From NCBI GenBank assembly GCA_036510525.1, contig DATCDU010000021.1, forward strand, positions 1 through 63,944: 63,944 bases of DNA. The letters run 5' to 3'. Shown in pieces: positions 34,791-43,622 of the stretch. The stretch's first letter is position 1; each line of letters opens with the position of its first letter. The position numbers and the translations under genes were made by a program. The DNA comes from Minisyncoccota bacterium. GTDB lineage: Bacteria; Patescibacteriota; Minisyncoccia; UBA6257; 2-01-FULL-56-20. The notes under the pieces were generated by a model that ran no database searches, was not told where the DNA came from, and worked only from the letters and a program-made list of their open reading frames with translations.

Positions 34791-35171
34791 ATGCACTACA
34801 ACATCCTTTCCGAACTTAAAAATGCCACCCGGGCAAAGAAAGACAAGATAACCTTCCCGTTCACGAAGATGGATTTTGCGATCCTTACAAAGCTCGTGGA
34901 GAACGGCTATGTCAAGAGCGCGGAAAAGGAGGCCGCAGGAAAGAAGAACATCATTGCGGTGCGCCTTGCGTACAAGAACAAAGAAGCGGCGGTGAACGAT
35001 TTCAAGATCATGAGCAAGCCGAGCCGTCACACCTACGCGGACTATCGCAGCTTGCCGACGGTCATGCATGGCCACGGGCTTTCCATGCTTTCCACTTCCA
35101 AAGGCATCATGACCGGCCGCGAGGCCAAGAAGCAGAAGGTCGGCGGAGAATATCTTTTTGAGATCTGGTAA
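34791..35171 (+). CDS. rpsH: 30S ribosomal protein S8
   Basis: C-terminus LSTSKGIMTGREAKKQKVGGEYLFEIW. Start at the ATG at 34791. Confidence 0.93.
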   Translation: MHYNILSELKNATRAKKDKITFPFTKMDFAILTKLVENGYVKSAEKEAAGKKNIIAVRLAYKNKEAAVNDFKIMSKPSRHTYADYRSLPTVMHGHGLSMLSTSKGIMTGREAKKQKVGGEYLFEIW

Positions 35172-35185
35172 TTTATTTTAATCCC

Positions 35186-35728
35186 ATGAGCCGACTTATT
35201 AAAAAACCTATCGTGATCACCGCCGGTGCGACCCTCGTCCAGAGTGGCGACGTGTTGACGATCAAAGGCCCCAAGGGCGAGCTTACGATCACCCTTCCCG
35301 CAGGCGTGGAAGTAAAGACCGAAGGGACGAATTTTTGGGTGACCACCACGAAAGATATGCAGACGACGGCGCTCCAGGGCACCGTGTGGTCGCTCGCAAA
35401 GAACGCGATCGAAGGCGTGACGGTTGGCTTCACGAAAGTGCTTGAGCTGGAGGGTGTCGGTTACCGCGTCTCCGTCGAGGGAAAAGAGCTCGTGCTCTTC
35501 CTCGGATATGCCCTGCCCGTGCGCATGCCGATCCCGGACACCGTCGTCGTTACGGTTGACAAGAACACCATCAAAGTGACGGGTATTGATAAGGACGCTG
35601 TCGGCCAGGTCGCCGCGGACATCCGCGCGCAGAAGAAGCCGGAGCCGTACAAAGGCAAAGGCATTCATTACCAGGGCGAGGTCATCCGCAGAAAGGTTGG
35701 CAAGAAAGCGGGCGCCACCGCCGCGTAA
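35186..35728 (+). CDS. rplF: 50S ribosomal protein L6
   Basis: MSRLIKKPI...GVGYRV...PEPYKGKGI. Confidence 0.95.
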   Translation: MSRLIKKPIVITAGATLVQSGDVLTIKGPKGELTITLPAGVEVKTEGTNFWVTTTKDMQTTALQGTVWSLAKNAIEGVTVGFTKVLELEGVGYRVSVEGKELVLFLGYALPVRMPIPDTVVVTVDKNTIKVTGIDKDAVGQVAADIRAQKKPEPYKGKGIHYQGEVIRRKVGKKAGATAA

Positions 35729-35745
35729 TCGCCGCCACTATTTCC

Positions 35746-36105
35746 ATGAAAACCATCAAGAAACTCAATCAGAAAAGAATGCGCCGCGTCGCCCGCACCC
35801 GCGCAATGATTTCGGGCACCGCCTTGCGCCCGCGCCTTACCGTGCGTCGCAGCAATCGCTATTTTTATGCGCAGCTCGTCGATGACGTGAAGGGGAACAC
35901 GCTGCTTTCCGCCTCGAGCTTTACTTTGGAGAAAGCGGGAAAGATGACCAAGACCGCGAGTGCGGGATTGGTGGGCGAGATGATCGGCAAAAAAGCCATG
36001 GAAAAGGGAATCAAGTCCGCCGTGTTCGATCGTCGGTCCTACAAGTTCCACGGCCGCGTAAAGAGCTTTGTCGACGGCGCAAAGAAAGGCGGACTCACCA
36101 TATAA
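35746..36105 (+). CDS. rplR: 50S ribosomal protein L18
   Basis: RPRLTVRRSNRYFYAQLVDD. Confidence 0.95.
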   Translation: MKTIKKLNQKRMRRVARTRAMISGTALRPRLTVRRSNRYFYAQLVDDVKGNTLLSASSFTLEKAGKMTKTASAGLVGEMIGKKAMEKGIKSAVFDRRSYKFHGRVKSFVDGAKKGGLTI

Positions 36106-36123
36106 TAGTGTCATCATAAAATC

Positions 36124-36624
36124 ATGCCTGAAAACACATCATCCCCAAGAACATTCAATCGCCGCCCGAATCGCGACCGCCCCGTCGTGCGCGAGGAGTT
36201 CAAAGAGCGCGTGCTCGATAATCGCCGCGTCACCCGCGTCGTCGCCGGCGGCAAGCGTTTCCGCTTCCGCGTCACGATCGTGATCGGCGACGAGCGCGGC
36301 CGCGTCGGCATCGGCGTGGCAAAGGGTCTCGACGTCCAGCAGGCGGTCGCGAAGGCGAAGACGGACGCCAAAAAGCATCTGCTCGTGGTCAGCTTGAAGG
36401 ATAGCCGCACGATCGCGCACGAAGTGACCGCCAAGTACAGCGCCGCTAAGGTAATGATCAAGCCGGCCAGCAAAGGACATGGCCTTCGCGCCGGCGGTTC
36501 GGTGCGCTTTGTGCTCGCGTTCGCGGGCATCAAGGACGCGACGGCAAAGATCCTCGGCCGCACGCCAAACAAGCTGACGAACGCGATGGCAACGATCGAG
36601 GCGTTAAAGAAATTGAAGGCCTAA
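36124..36624 (+). CDS. rpsE: 30S ribosomal protein S5
   Basis: RVTRVVAGGKRFRFRVTIVIGD. Confidence 0.95.
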   Translation: MPENTSSPRTFNRRPNRDRPVVREEFKERVLDNRRVTRVVAGGKRFRFRVTIVIGDERGRVGIGVAKGLDVQQAVAKAKTDAKKHLLVVSLKDSRTIAHEVTAKYSAAKVMIKPASKGHGLRAGGSVRFVLAFAGIKDATAKILGRTPNKLTNAMATIEALKKLKA

Positions 36625-36642
36625 CACGGAACGACCACTAAC

Positions 36643-37083
36643 ATGAAACTTCACGCACGAACCCCAATTAGAGGAAAGCGCCTTCAGCGCATCGGCCGCA
36701 GCGGCAAGCGCGGCAGCTATTCCGGCCGCGGTGTAAAAGGACAGCGCTCCCGTTCAGGACACCGCATCCGGCCGGCGGAGCGTGACATTCTCCTCAAGAT
36801 CCCAAAGATGCGCGGATTCCGCAATAAGGAAAAAGCGGATGCTCCAGTGGTGTTCAATCTCGGTGAGCTTTCGGGCAAATTGAAATCGCACGCAAAAGCA
36901 GGCGCGCCGCTCGAGGTAAGCTATGCGCTTTTGAAGACCGCAAAGTTGTTAAAAAAGGATTATAAGCGTCCCGTGAAGATCCTCGGCACAGGCGAGATCG
37001 CGTTCCCGATCGCTGTCAGTGGCTTCGAAGTTTCTGCCAGTGCCAAGGCTAAGATCGAAAAAGCCGGAGGTAGTGTAAAATAA
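36643..37083 (+). CDS. rplO: 50S ribosomal protein L15
   Basis: GRSGKRGSYSGRGVKGQRSRSG. Follows rpsE directly, with no rpmD. Confidence 0.94.
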   Translation: MKLHARTPIRGKRLQRIGRSGKRGSYSGRGVKGQRSRSGHRIRPAERDILLKIPKMRGFRNKEKADAPVVFNLGELSGKLKSHAKAGAPLEVSYALLKTAKLLKKDYKRPVKILGTGEIAFPIAVSGFEVSASAKAKIEKAGGSVK

Positions 37084-37098
37084 AAGAGCGAGATATCC

Positions 37099-38370
37099 AT
37101 GGAGCGATTTCTACAGATATTCAAAGTAAAGGAGCTCCGCAACAAGATCCTCATCGTGTTGGGGCTTTTGGTCGCGTACCGCGTACTCGCGGCGATCCCG
37201 ATCCCGGGTGTGAACGCGACGGCATTGCAGAACTATTTCAATTCCAACCAGCTGCTCGGTTTCCTCAACTTCTTCTCCGGCGGCGGCCTCGCGAACCTGT
37301 CGGTCGTGATGCTTGGCGTCGGTCCGTACATCACGTCCACCATCGTGATGCAGCTCATGACGATCATCTTCCCGAAGATGAAAGAGATGTATTACGAAGA
37401 GGGTGCCCGCGGCCAGGCCAAGTTCAACCAGTACTCGCGCTTGCTCACGGTGCCGTTCGCGTTCGTGCAGGCGTACGGATTTTTGAGCTTACTCATGTCA
37501 CAGGGCGTCATCCCGCGCCCGGACGCGTTCGACCTCATCCGTAACGTCATCGTGATCACATGCGGTTCTATGATCGCGCTCTGGCTCGGCGAGTTGATCA
37601 CTGAAGAGAAGGTGGGCAATGGCATCTCGCTCATCATTTTGGCAGGCATCATCAGCCGCATCCCGTCGAGCGTCGGGCTCGCGCTCGCGTCGTATACCGC
37701 GCAGTTGCTCACGGCATACATCGGCTTTATCATCGTGGGGCTCTTGCTCATCGCCGGCATTGTGTATCTGAACGAGGGCGAACGGAAAATACCTGTTGCC
37801 TATGCGCGGCGTGTTCGAGGTACCAAAATGTACGGCGGGGCACAAAGTTATTTACCACTCAAGGTGAACCAGGCGGGCATGATCCCGCTCATCTTCGCGA
37901 TCTCGGTGCTGCTCTTCCCGCAATTCCTGGCACAGGTTGTGGTGCTCATCTCGCCGACGTGGGGTCTTAGGATAAGCAACTTCGCGCAGGGATTCGTCGC
38001 GAATCAGCTTTATTATGGCCTGTTCTATTTCCTGCTTGTGTTCATATTCACGTATTTCTATACTGCGATCACGTTCAATCCTGAAGAGGTGGCAAAAAAT
38101 CTCCAGCAGAGCGGGGGATTCGTGCCAGGCATCCGTCCGGGCGAAAATACGGAAAAATATTTCCATGGCATCGTGAACCGCATCACGTTGTTCGGCGCGA
38201 CGTTCCTCGGCATTATCGCCATTTTGCCGATCATCGTGCAGGCCATCACCGGCATCTCCGTCGTCACAATCAGCGGCACGGCGTTGCTTATCGTCGTCGC
38301 GGTCGCTTTGGAAACTATGAGGCAAGTGGATTCGCAATTGACGGTTAGGGAATACGAAGGAATAGAATAG
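37099..38370 (+). CDS. secY: preprotein translocase subunit SecY
   Basis: 10-TM protein, 423 aa, conserved position. Confidence 0.96.
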   Translation: MERFLQIFKVKELRNKILIVLGLLVAYRVLAAIPIPGVNATALQNYFNSNQLLGFLNFFSGGGLANLSVVMLGVGPYITSTIVMQLMTIIFPKMKEMYYEEGARGQAKFNQYSRLLTVPFAFVQAYGFLSLLMSQGVIPRPDAFDLIRNVIVITCGSMIALWLGELITEEKVGNGISLIILAGIISRIPSSVGLALASYTAQLLTAYIGFIIVGLLLIAGIVYLNEGERKIPVAYARRVRGTKMYGGAQSYLPLKVNQAGMIPLIFAISVLLFPQFLAQVVVLISPTWGLRISNFAQGFVANQLYYGLFYFLLVFIFTYFYTAITFNPEEVAKNLQQSGGFVPGIRPGENTEKYFHGIVNRITLFGATFLGIIAILPIIVQAITGISVVTISGTALLIVVAVALETMRQVDSQLTVREYEGIE

Positions 38371-38394
38371 CAAAACAGCTTTTGTTTCTGAAGT

Positions 38395-38480
38395 GACGGC
38401 GTTCTCCCACGGGACTCCTAAGAGTCGCGCCTACTGGCTGGCCGCCTTGGCTCTCGCCGCCTTCGCGGCTCCGAGACACC
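38395..38480 (+). repeat. family-A GC-rich structured repeat (copy A2), 25 nt after the secY stop
   Basis: GACGGCGTTCTCCCACGGGACTCCTAAGAGTCGCGCCTACTGGCTGGCCGCCTTGGCTCTCGCCGCCTTCGCGGCTCCGAGACACC. Confidence 0.85.
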
Positions 38481-38531
38481 TTTCAAGAAGAGGATATTTT
38501 ATTCGATACTAGTGATGAAAAAATAGAGATA

Positions 38532-38562
38532 GAAAAAGGCCGGAGGGATGATCCCTGCCGGC
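38532..38562 (-). terminator. intrinsic terminator for a minus-strand transcript
   Basis: Minus strand reads GCCGGCAGGGA-TCA-TCCCTCCGGC (one bulge) followed by CTTTTTC. Confidence 0.65.
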
Positions 38563-38660
38563 TTTGTTGATGGGTGATGATGTGCGCCTAATGCTTGCGG
38601 GGAGGACACCACCTGAGCCTTGGGGGAGCGAGGACGTCGTTCTCGTGGGCAGCTCGCGCT

Positions 38661-38891
38661 TCACGGAGAGGTCGTCCATCGAGGCCACGGCCTTTGATGC
38701 GAAGGATCAAGGTCCCTATCTGGTTCGGGGTTAATAGGCGCGTTGGCGTTGGGGTTCCGACATGGAAAACTTTTTGCATTGTTTTGAATGTCGCGGACAG
38801 GTGCCAGAGCGGCACCGATGAAACTTACTTTCCACAATATACGATATTCCATTTCATTTATCAAGCCGCCCGCAGTGCTTTTGCTTTCCAT
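38661..38891 (-). CDS. small hypothetical ORF, possibly frameshifted (see findings)
   Basis: MESKSTAGGLINEMEYRILWKVSFIGAALAPV... A second overlapping frame (38588-38815) ends 26 nt before the terminator. Confidence 0.3.
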   Translation of the reverse strand: MESKSTAGGLINEMEYRILWKVSFIGAALAPVRDIQNNAKSFPCRNPNANAPINPEPDRDLDPSHQRPWPRWTTSP

Positions 38892-38917
38892 TATTTCTTG
38901 CTAAGATACAATCATCA

Positions 38918-39493
38918 ATGGACTACAACGTCATTTTCGTTGCCGGGCCGCAGGGATCGGGCAAAGGGACGCAGGGGAAAAGACTGGCCGAGAAACTCGG
39001 TTTTTTGTTTTGGGAGATGGGCGGAACGCTGCGCAGGATTCTTGCGAGCGATTCACCGTTGGGGAAAAAACTCTCCGCGATGGAACGGGGTGCGTTGCTC
39101 TCGGACGAGCTTATTATAGAGGTGTTGCAGGATCAACTCCCGCTGATCCCGCATGAAAAGGGAATCGTCTTCGATGGCGTCCCGCGCCGGCTCGGCCAGG
39201 GGCAGTTCCTTGTGGAATATTGCAAAAGCCATGGGATGGACAAGATGGCGACCATATTCATTGACGTCCCGCGTGAGGAATGCGTGAGGCGGCTGCTCTT
39301 GCGAGCGAGGAACGAATCACGGACGGACGACACTTCCGAGGCGATCGCGCAGCGCTTTCGCGATTACGACGAGGCGATAAAAGCCCCGATGGATTACTTA
39401 CGAACACAGACGACATTCATCACGATCGACGGCACGCCGGCACCGGACGTGATCGCGGCGAACATCAATAAGGCGCTTGGCATAGATGAATAA
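38918..39493 (+). CDS. adk: adenylate kinase (short, lid-less type)
   Basis: VAGPQGSGKGTQGKRLAEKLG. TACAAT -10 lies 7 nt upstream of the ATG. Confidence 0.9.
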   Translation: MDYNVIFVAGPQGSGKGTQGKRLAEKLGFLFWEMGGTLRRILASDSPLGKKLSAMERGALLSDELIIEVLQDQLPLIPHEKGIVFDGVPRRLGQGQFLVEYCKSHGMDKMATIFIDVPREECVRRLLLRARNESRTDDTSEAIAQRFRDYDEAIKAPMDYLRTQTTFITIDGTPAPDVIAANINKALGIDE

Positions 39494-40067
39494 ACCTTTC
39501 AACCTGATCCTTCTTGGCGATCCCGCTTCGGGAAAAGGGACGCAGGCGACGCGCCTGGCAAAGAAATATCATCTCTATGATCTTGATATGGGCCACGAGG
39601 TGCGGAAACCGTCGTCACGGGCACGCTTTGATTATGAGAAGACGACGGCGATCGGCAAGCTTACGCCTACGGTTGTCGTAAGGGATATTTTCAAACGCGT
39701 GATCGCAGTGGTGCCGGCGCAGAAGGGTATCCTGTTCAACGGCACGCCGAAGATGATCAACGAGGCGAAATTGGTTGCTCGCGAGCTCGCCCGCGCGAAG
39801 CGGCTCGATCCGCTCGTCATCTATTTAAAGATACCGAACCGTGAGATGTTCAAGCGAGTGGAGAAGCGCCGCCGCGACGACGATAGCATGCGTGCGTTGC
39901 AGAACCGTCAGAAGTATTATAAAGAGCAGATCACGCGTGTGGTTGCTTTTTTCGGCGAGCGGTATATGGTCAAAAATATCTCAGGGATGGGCACGAAAGC
40001 TGAAGTCGAAAGAAAAATAAATGCGGCGATCAAAAAATATGGAATTACGAACCCCTCAAGAAATTGA
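39486..40067 (+). CDS. second adenylate kinase-family paralog
   Basis: LILLGDPASGKGTQATRLAKKY. Overlaps adk by 8 nt. Confidence 0.75.
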   Translation: MNKPFNLILLGDPASGKGTQATRLAKKYHLYDLDMGHEVRKPSSRARFDYEKTTAIGKLTPTVVVRDIFKRVIAVVPAQKGILFNGTPKMINEAKLVARELARAKRLDPLVIYLKIPNREMFKRVEKRRRDDDSMRALQNRQKYYKEQITRVVAFFGERYMVKNISGMGTKAEVERKINAAIKKYGITNPSRN

Positions 40068-40797
40068 AATCATGGCAGAAGGTGGACGGCGCCTCGGCGC
40101 CGTTTTGCAAAAGCTGAAAGCCGAAGTGAAGTCGGGCGTGACCACGCTCTCGCTCGACCGCATCGCCCGGAAGCTGATCGTTGATGGCGGCGACACGCCG
40201 GCATTCTTGAACTATCGCCCCGAAGGCGCGCGCCATGCGTATCCCTACACGCTGTGCGCTTCGGTGAACAACGTGGTCGTGCATGGCCAGCCGTCAAAGT
40301 ACGTTTTACTGGAGGGCGATATCATCAAGCTTGATCTTGGCTTGAAGCACCAAGGATTTTATCTCGATGCCGCGATCACCGTCGCTGTTGGCCATGTGAG
40401 CGCGGAGGCGAAGGAGCTCATGGCCGTCACGGAGGAATCGCTCTACGCGGGTATTAAGGAGGCCAAGCCGGGTCGCACGCTCGGCGACATCGGCTACGCC
40501 ATCGAGCGCGTGGTGCGGAAGAACAAACTTTCCATCGCGGAGGGACTGACCGGCCACGGGATCGGCCGTGCGCTCCACGAGGATCCGACGGTGTTCAACT
40601 ATGGCAACCGCCACACGGGCATAAAGCTTGTGCCCGGCATGGTGATCGCGATCGAGCCGATGATCGCTGTTGGCGCCGGAGAGATCGCCCAGCTTTTGGA
40701 CGAGAGCTACGGCACCGCCGATCATTCGTGGGCCGCGCACTTCGAGCACACGGTAGCGATCACGAAAGACGGATCGATGATACTCACCAAGGCGTGA
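40039..40797 (+). CDS. map: type I methionine aminopeptidase
   Basis: MELRTPQEIEIMAEGG..., GHGIGRALHEDP, AHFEHTVAIT. Confidence 0.9.
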   Translation: MELRTPQEIEIMAEGGRRLGAVLQKLKAEVKSGVTTLSLDRIARKLIVDGGDTPAFLNYRPEGARHAYPYTLCASVNNVVVHGQPSKYVLLEGDIIKLDLGLKHQGFYLDAAITVAVGHVSAEAKELMAVTEESLYAGIKEAKPGRTLGDIGYAIERVVRKNKLSIAEGLTGHGIGRALHEDPTVFNYGNRHTGIKLVPGMVIAIEPMIAVGAGEIAQLLDESYGTADHSWAAHFEHTVAITKDGSMILTKA

Positions 40798-40810
40798 TAT
40801 AATAGTTGCA

Positions 40811-41545
40811 ATGGCGCAGCCCTATTTATCCATCATCATCCCCGCGTACAACGAGGCGGAGCGAATTCCCTCGACGTTGATCGACATGGACAAGCGTTTG
40901 AGCACCGTCGATTATTCCTACGAGATCCTTGTCGTGAGCGATGGTTCGACTGACAGCACCGCGTCGGTCGTGAGGAATATGGCAAAGATGGTGAAGAACC
41001 TGAAGTTGATCGACCTCAAGGATAACGTGGGCAAGGGCGGCGCGGTCAAACAGGGGATGTTGCTCGCCACGGGGAATATCCGCCTTTTTACCGACGCCGA
41101 TAACTCAACTTCCATTGACCAGTTCGAGAAGATGGCCCCCCTCTTCAAAGACGGCTACGGCGTGGTGATTGGATCGCGTGCCGTGCAGGGCGCAAAGCTC
41201 GATCCGCCGGAACCGCTCTATCGGCAGATCGTCGGCAAGGCACTCAACCTGCTCGTCCAATTATTCCTCCTGCCGGGCATCTGGGATACGCAATGCGGTT
41301 TCAAGGCGTATACCGCCGAAGCGGCAGAAAAGATATTCATAAAGTCAAAGACCACCGGATGGGGATTCGACGTTGAGACGCTCGCGCTCGCGGTCCGCCT
41401 GGGATACCGGGTAAAGGAAGTACCGGTCCATTGGGTGAACGACATCCGCTCACACGTCAAATTTTCCGGAGGGTTGCAATTTTTAGGAGAAGCGTGTACA
41501 ATTCGCTGGAGGTTGTGGAAGGGTCAATACGACTTAAAATCCTAG
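40811..41545 (+). CDS. family-2 glycosyltransferase (polyprenyl-phosphate sugar synthase-like)
   Basis: LSIIIPAYNEAERI and FTDADNS (DxD). Confidence 0.8.
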   Translation: MAQPYLSIIIPAYNEAERIPSTLIDMDKRLSTVDYSYEILVVSDGSTDSTASVVRNMAKMVKNLKLIDLKDNVGKGGAVKQGMLLATGNIRLFTDADNSTSIDQFEKMAPLFKDGYGVVIGSRAVQGAKLDPPEPLYRQIVGKALNLLVQLFLLPGIWDTQCGFKAYTAEAAEKIFIKSKTTGWGFDVETLALAVRLGYRVKEVPVHWVNDIRSHVKFSGGLQFLGEACTIRWRLWKGQYDLKS

Positions 41546-41607
41546 ATCTCCTATAAAACAAGCAATTAACGCCGTATAACCGCTACTTGAGCGGCTATTA
41601 TTAACCC

Positions 41608-42069
41608 ATGAGCAAGCAATATCTAACGAAAGAGCGCTTGGAAGAGTTCAAGGCCGAGCTCGAGCAGTTGAAAAACATCCGGCGCAACGAGGTCGCCCAG
41701 CGTCTCAAGCAGGCAAAGGAATATGGCGATCTTTCGGAGAATTCCGAATACGCGGAAGCGCGCGACGAACAAGCCAATGTGGAGACGCGCATCTTTGAGT
41801 TGGAAGACCTCCTCAAGGAAGCGGTGGTCATTGAGAAGAATGGATCTCATAACGGTACCGTGGAGGTTGGATCGGTGATCACGATCAAGAAGGGCGATAA
41901 GACATCGGTCTACACCATTGTCGGCAAATACGAAGCCAAGCCGGAGGAGGGCAGGATCTCGGACGAGTCACCGTTGGGAAAGGCATTCTTAAAGCACAAA
42001 GCGGGGGATAAGATCAATGTCACGACGCCTGCGGGGGTGATGACGTATGAGATTTTGAAGATAGACTAG
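41608..42069 (+). CDS. greA: transcription elongation factor GreA
   Basis: GDLSENSEYAEARDEQ. 153 aa. Confidence 0.92.
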   Translation: MSKQYLTKERLEEFKAELEQLKNIRRNEVAQRLKQAKEYGDLSENSEYAEARDEQANVETRIFELEDLLKEAVVIEKNGSHNGTVEVGSVITIKKGDKTSVYTIVGKYEAKPEEGRISDESPLGKAFLKHKAGDKINVTTPAGVMTYEILKID

Positions 42070-42070
42070 C

Positions 42071-42134
42071 AACACAAAAAACACTCTTTCGCCTCCAGGC
42101 AGATGACCGTTCGGCGAAAGGGTGTTTTTGTGTT
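42071..42134 (+). terminator. long (~21-bp) A-tract/T-tract hairpin terminator
   Basis: AACACAAAAAACACTCTTTCGCC, a 19-nt loop, then GGCGAAAGGGTGTTTTTGTGTT. This is the same stem style that encloses the family A/B repeats, but here it is empty. Confidence 0.8.
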
Positions 42135-42167
42135 CTCAAATCCCATACATTGCGCTATGATTAGGCA

Positions 42168-43622
42168 ATGGCAATGATAGATGAGCTCGTGCAGGAGCGG
42201 CGGAAGAAGCTGGACGCCATAAAGGCGGCCGGCATCGACGCGTATCCGGCGCGGGTAAAGCGCTCGTTCGCGATCGGCCACGCGCTGGGAGAATTCGAAG
42301 CGATAGCGGCGTCGGGCGAGAAGATCTCGCTCGCGGGCCGCGTGCGTAGTCTGCGTGACCAAGGCAAGATCATCTTCGCCGACATTGAAGACGAATCGGG
42401 AAAGATCCAGCTGGTATTAAAAGAGGATGCGCTCGAGGACCTCGCTTTTTGGCGTTCGGTGCTCGACATGGGGGATTTCATTTCCGTCACCGGGCCGTTG
42501 TTTTCCACTAAGCGCGGCGAGAAAAGTTTGGAGGTGCACGAGCTGCAATTCGGTGGCAAGGCACTTTTGCCGTTGCCCGACAAGTGGGAGGGTCTGCAGG
42601 ATGACGATATCCGTTTCCGGAAACGCTATCTGGACCTCATCGCGGGAGTTGATCTGCGCGAGCTATTCCGCAAGAAAACGGTATTCTGGGAAACGTTCCG
42701 CAACGCGCTGAAGCGCGAAGGATTCTTGGAAGTGGAAACGCCGGTGCTCGAGAATCTTCCCGGCGGGGCCGAAGCAGAACCGTTCCGCACGCACCACAAT
42801 GCGCTCGATGAAGATTTTTATCTCCGCATTTCGCTTGAGTTACCGCTGAAGCGCTTGCTCGTCGGTGGTTTTGATAAAGTCTTCGAGATCGGGCGGATCT
42901 TCCGTAATGAGGGGATCGATCGTGAGCATTTGCAGGATTACACCCAGCTCGAATTCTACTGGGCGTACAGCGATTACACCGACGTGATGAAGTTGACCGA
43001 GAAGGTCTACAGGGAAGTGATAGAGAAGACGTGTGGCGGACTCGTGACGGAGTTCGGTGGCACGAAAATTGATTGGTCAAAAAAGTGGCCGACCGTGGAT
43101 TATGTGGAGGTGTTCAAAAAAGCCAACGATATTGACCCGATCGTGGCAACGCACGCAGAGTTATTAAAAAAAGCTAAAGAGTTGAAACTCGAAGTAGAGA
43201 AGGGCGCGGGCAAAGGACGCCTCGTTGATCTCATTTTCAAAAAAACGGTCCGTCCGTCCCTCATTGAGCCATGTTTCTTGGTCAACCCGCCGGTGGAGAT
43301 CGAACCGCTCGCGAAGCGGCATCCGGAGAAAGCTGGTGTTGTGGAGCGGTTCCAGATCGTCGCATGCGGTACGGAGCTTGGCAAGGGATTTTCCGAACTC
43401 AATGATCCAGACGACCAACGCGCGCGGTTTGAGGAGCAGATGAAACTTCGCGCGGCAGGGGACGCCGAGGCTCAACACCTCGATGAGGATTTTTTGGAGG
43501 CGCTCCAGTACGGTATGCCGCCCGCGGGAGGATTCGGGATGTCGGAGCGCTTATTTGCAGTGCTTATGGATAAGCCGGTGCGGGAGACGGTGTTCTTTCC
43601 GCTGATGCGCCCAAAGAAATGA
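42168..43622 (+). CDS. lysS: lysyl-tRNA synthetase (class II)
   Basis: OB-fold N-terminus, FRNEGIDREHLQDYTQLEFY (motif 2), GGFGMSERL (motif 3). Confidence 0.93.
   Translation: MAMIDELVQERRKKLDAIKAAGIDAYPARVKRSFAIGHALGEFEAIAASGEKISLAGRVRSLRDQGKIIFADIEDESGKIQLVLKEDALEDLAFWRSVLDMGDFISVTGPLFSTKRGEKSLEVHELQFGGKALLPLPDKWEGLQDDDIRFRKRYLDLIAGVDLRELFRKKTVFWETFRNALKREGFLEVETPVLENLPGGAEAEPFRTHHNALDEDFYLRISLELPLKRLLVGGFDKVFEIGRIFRNEGIDREHLQDYTQLEFYWAYSDYTDVMKLTEKVYREVIEKTCGGLVTEFGGTKIDWSKKWPTVDYVEVFKKANDIDPIVATHAELLKKAKELKLEVEKGAGKGRLVDLIFKKTVRPSLIEPCFLVNPPVEIEPLAKRHPEKAGVVERFQIVACGTELGKGFSELNDPDDQRARFEEQMKLRAAGDAEAQHLDEDFLEALQYGMPPAGGFGMSERLFAVLMDKPVRETVFFPLMRPKK

Noticed and set aside
34768-34802. 12-nt direct repeat GTAACATTATGC just upstream of rpsH, creating a 4-codon mini-ORF (MRYK)
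   Set aside because: It is most simply a small tandem duplication of the rpsH start region. There is no evidence for a regulatory role.
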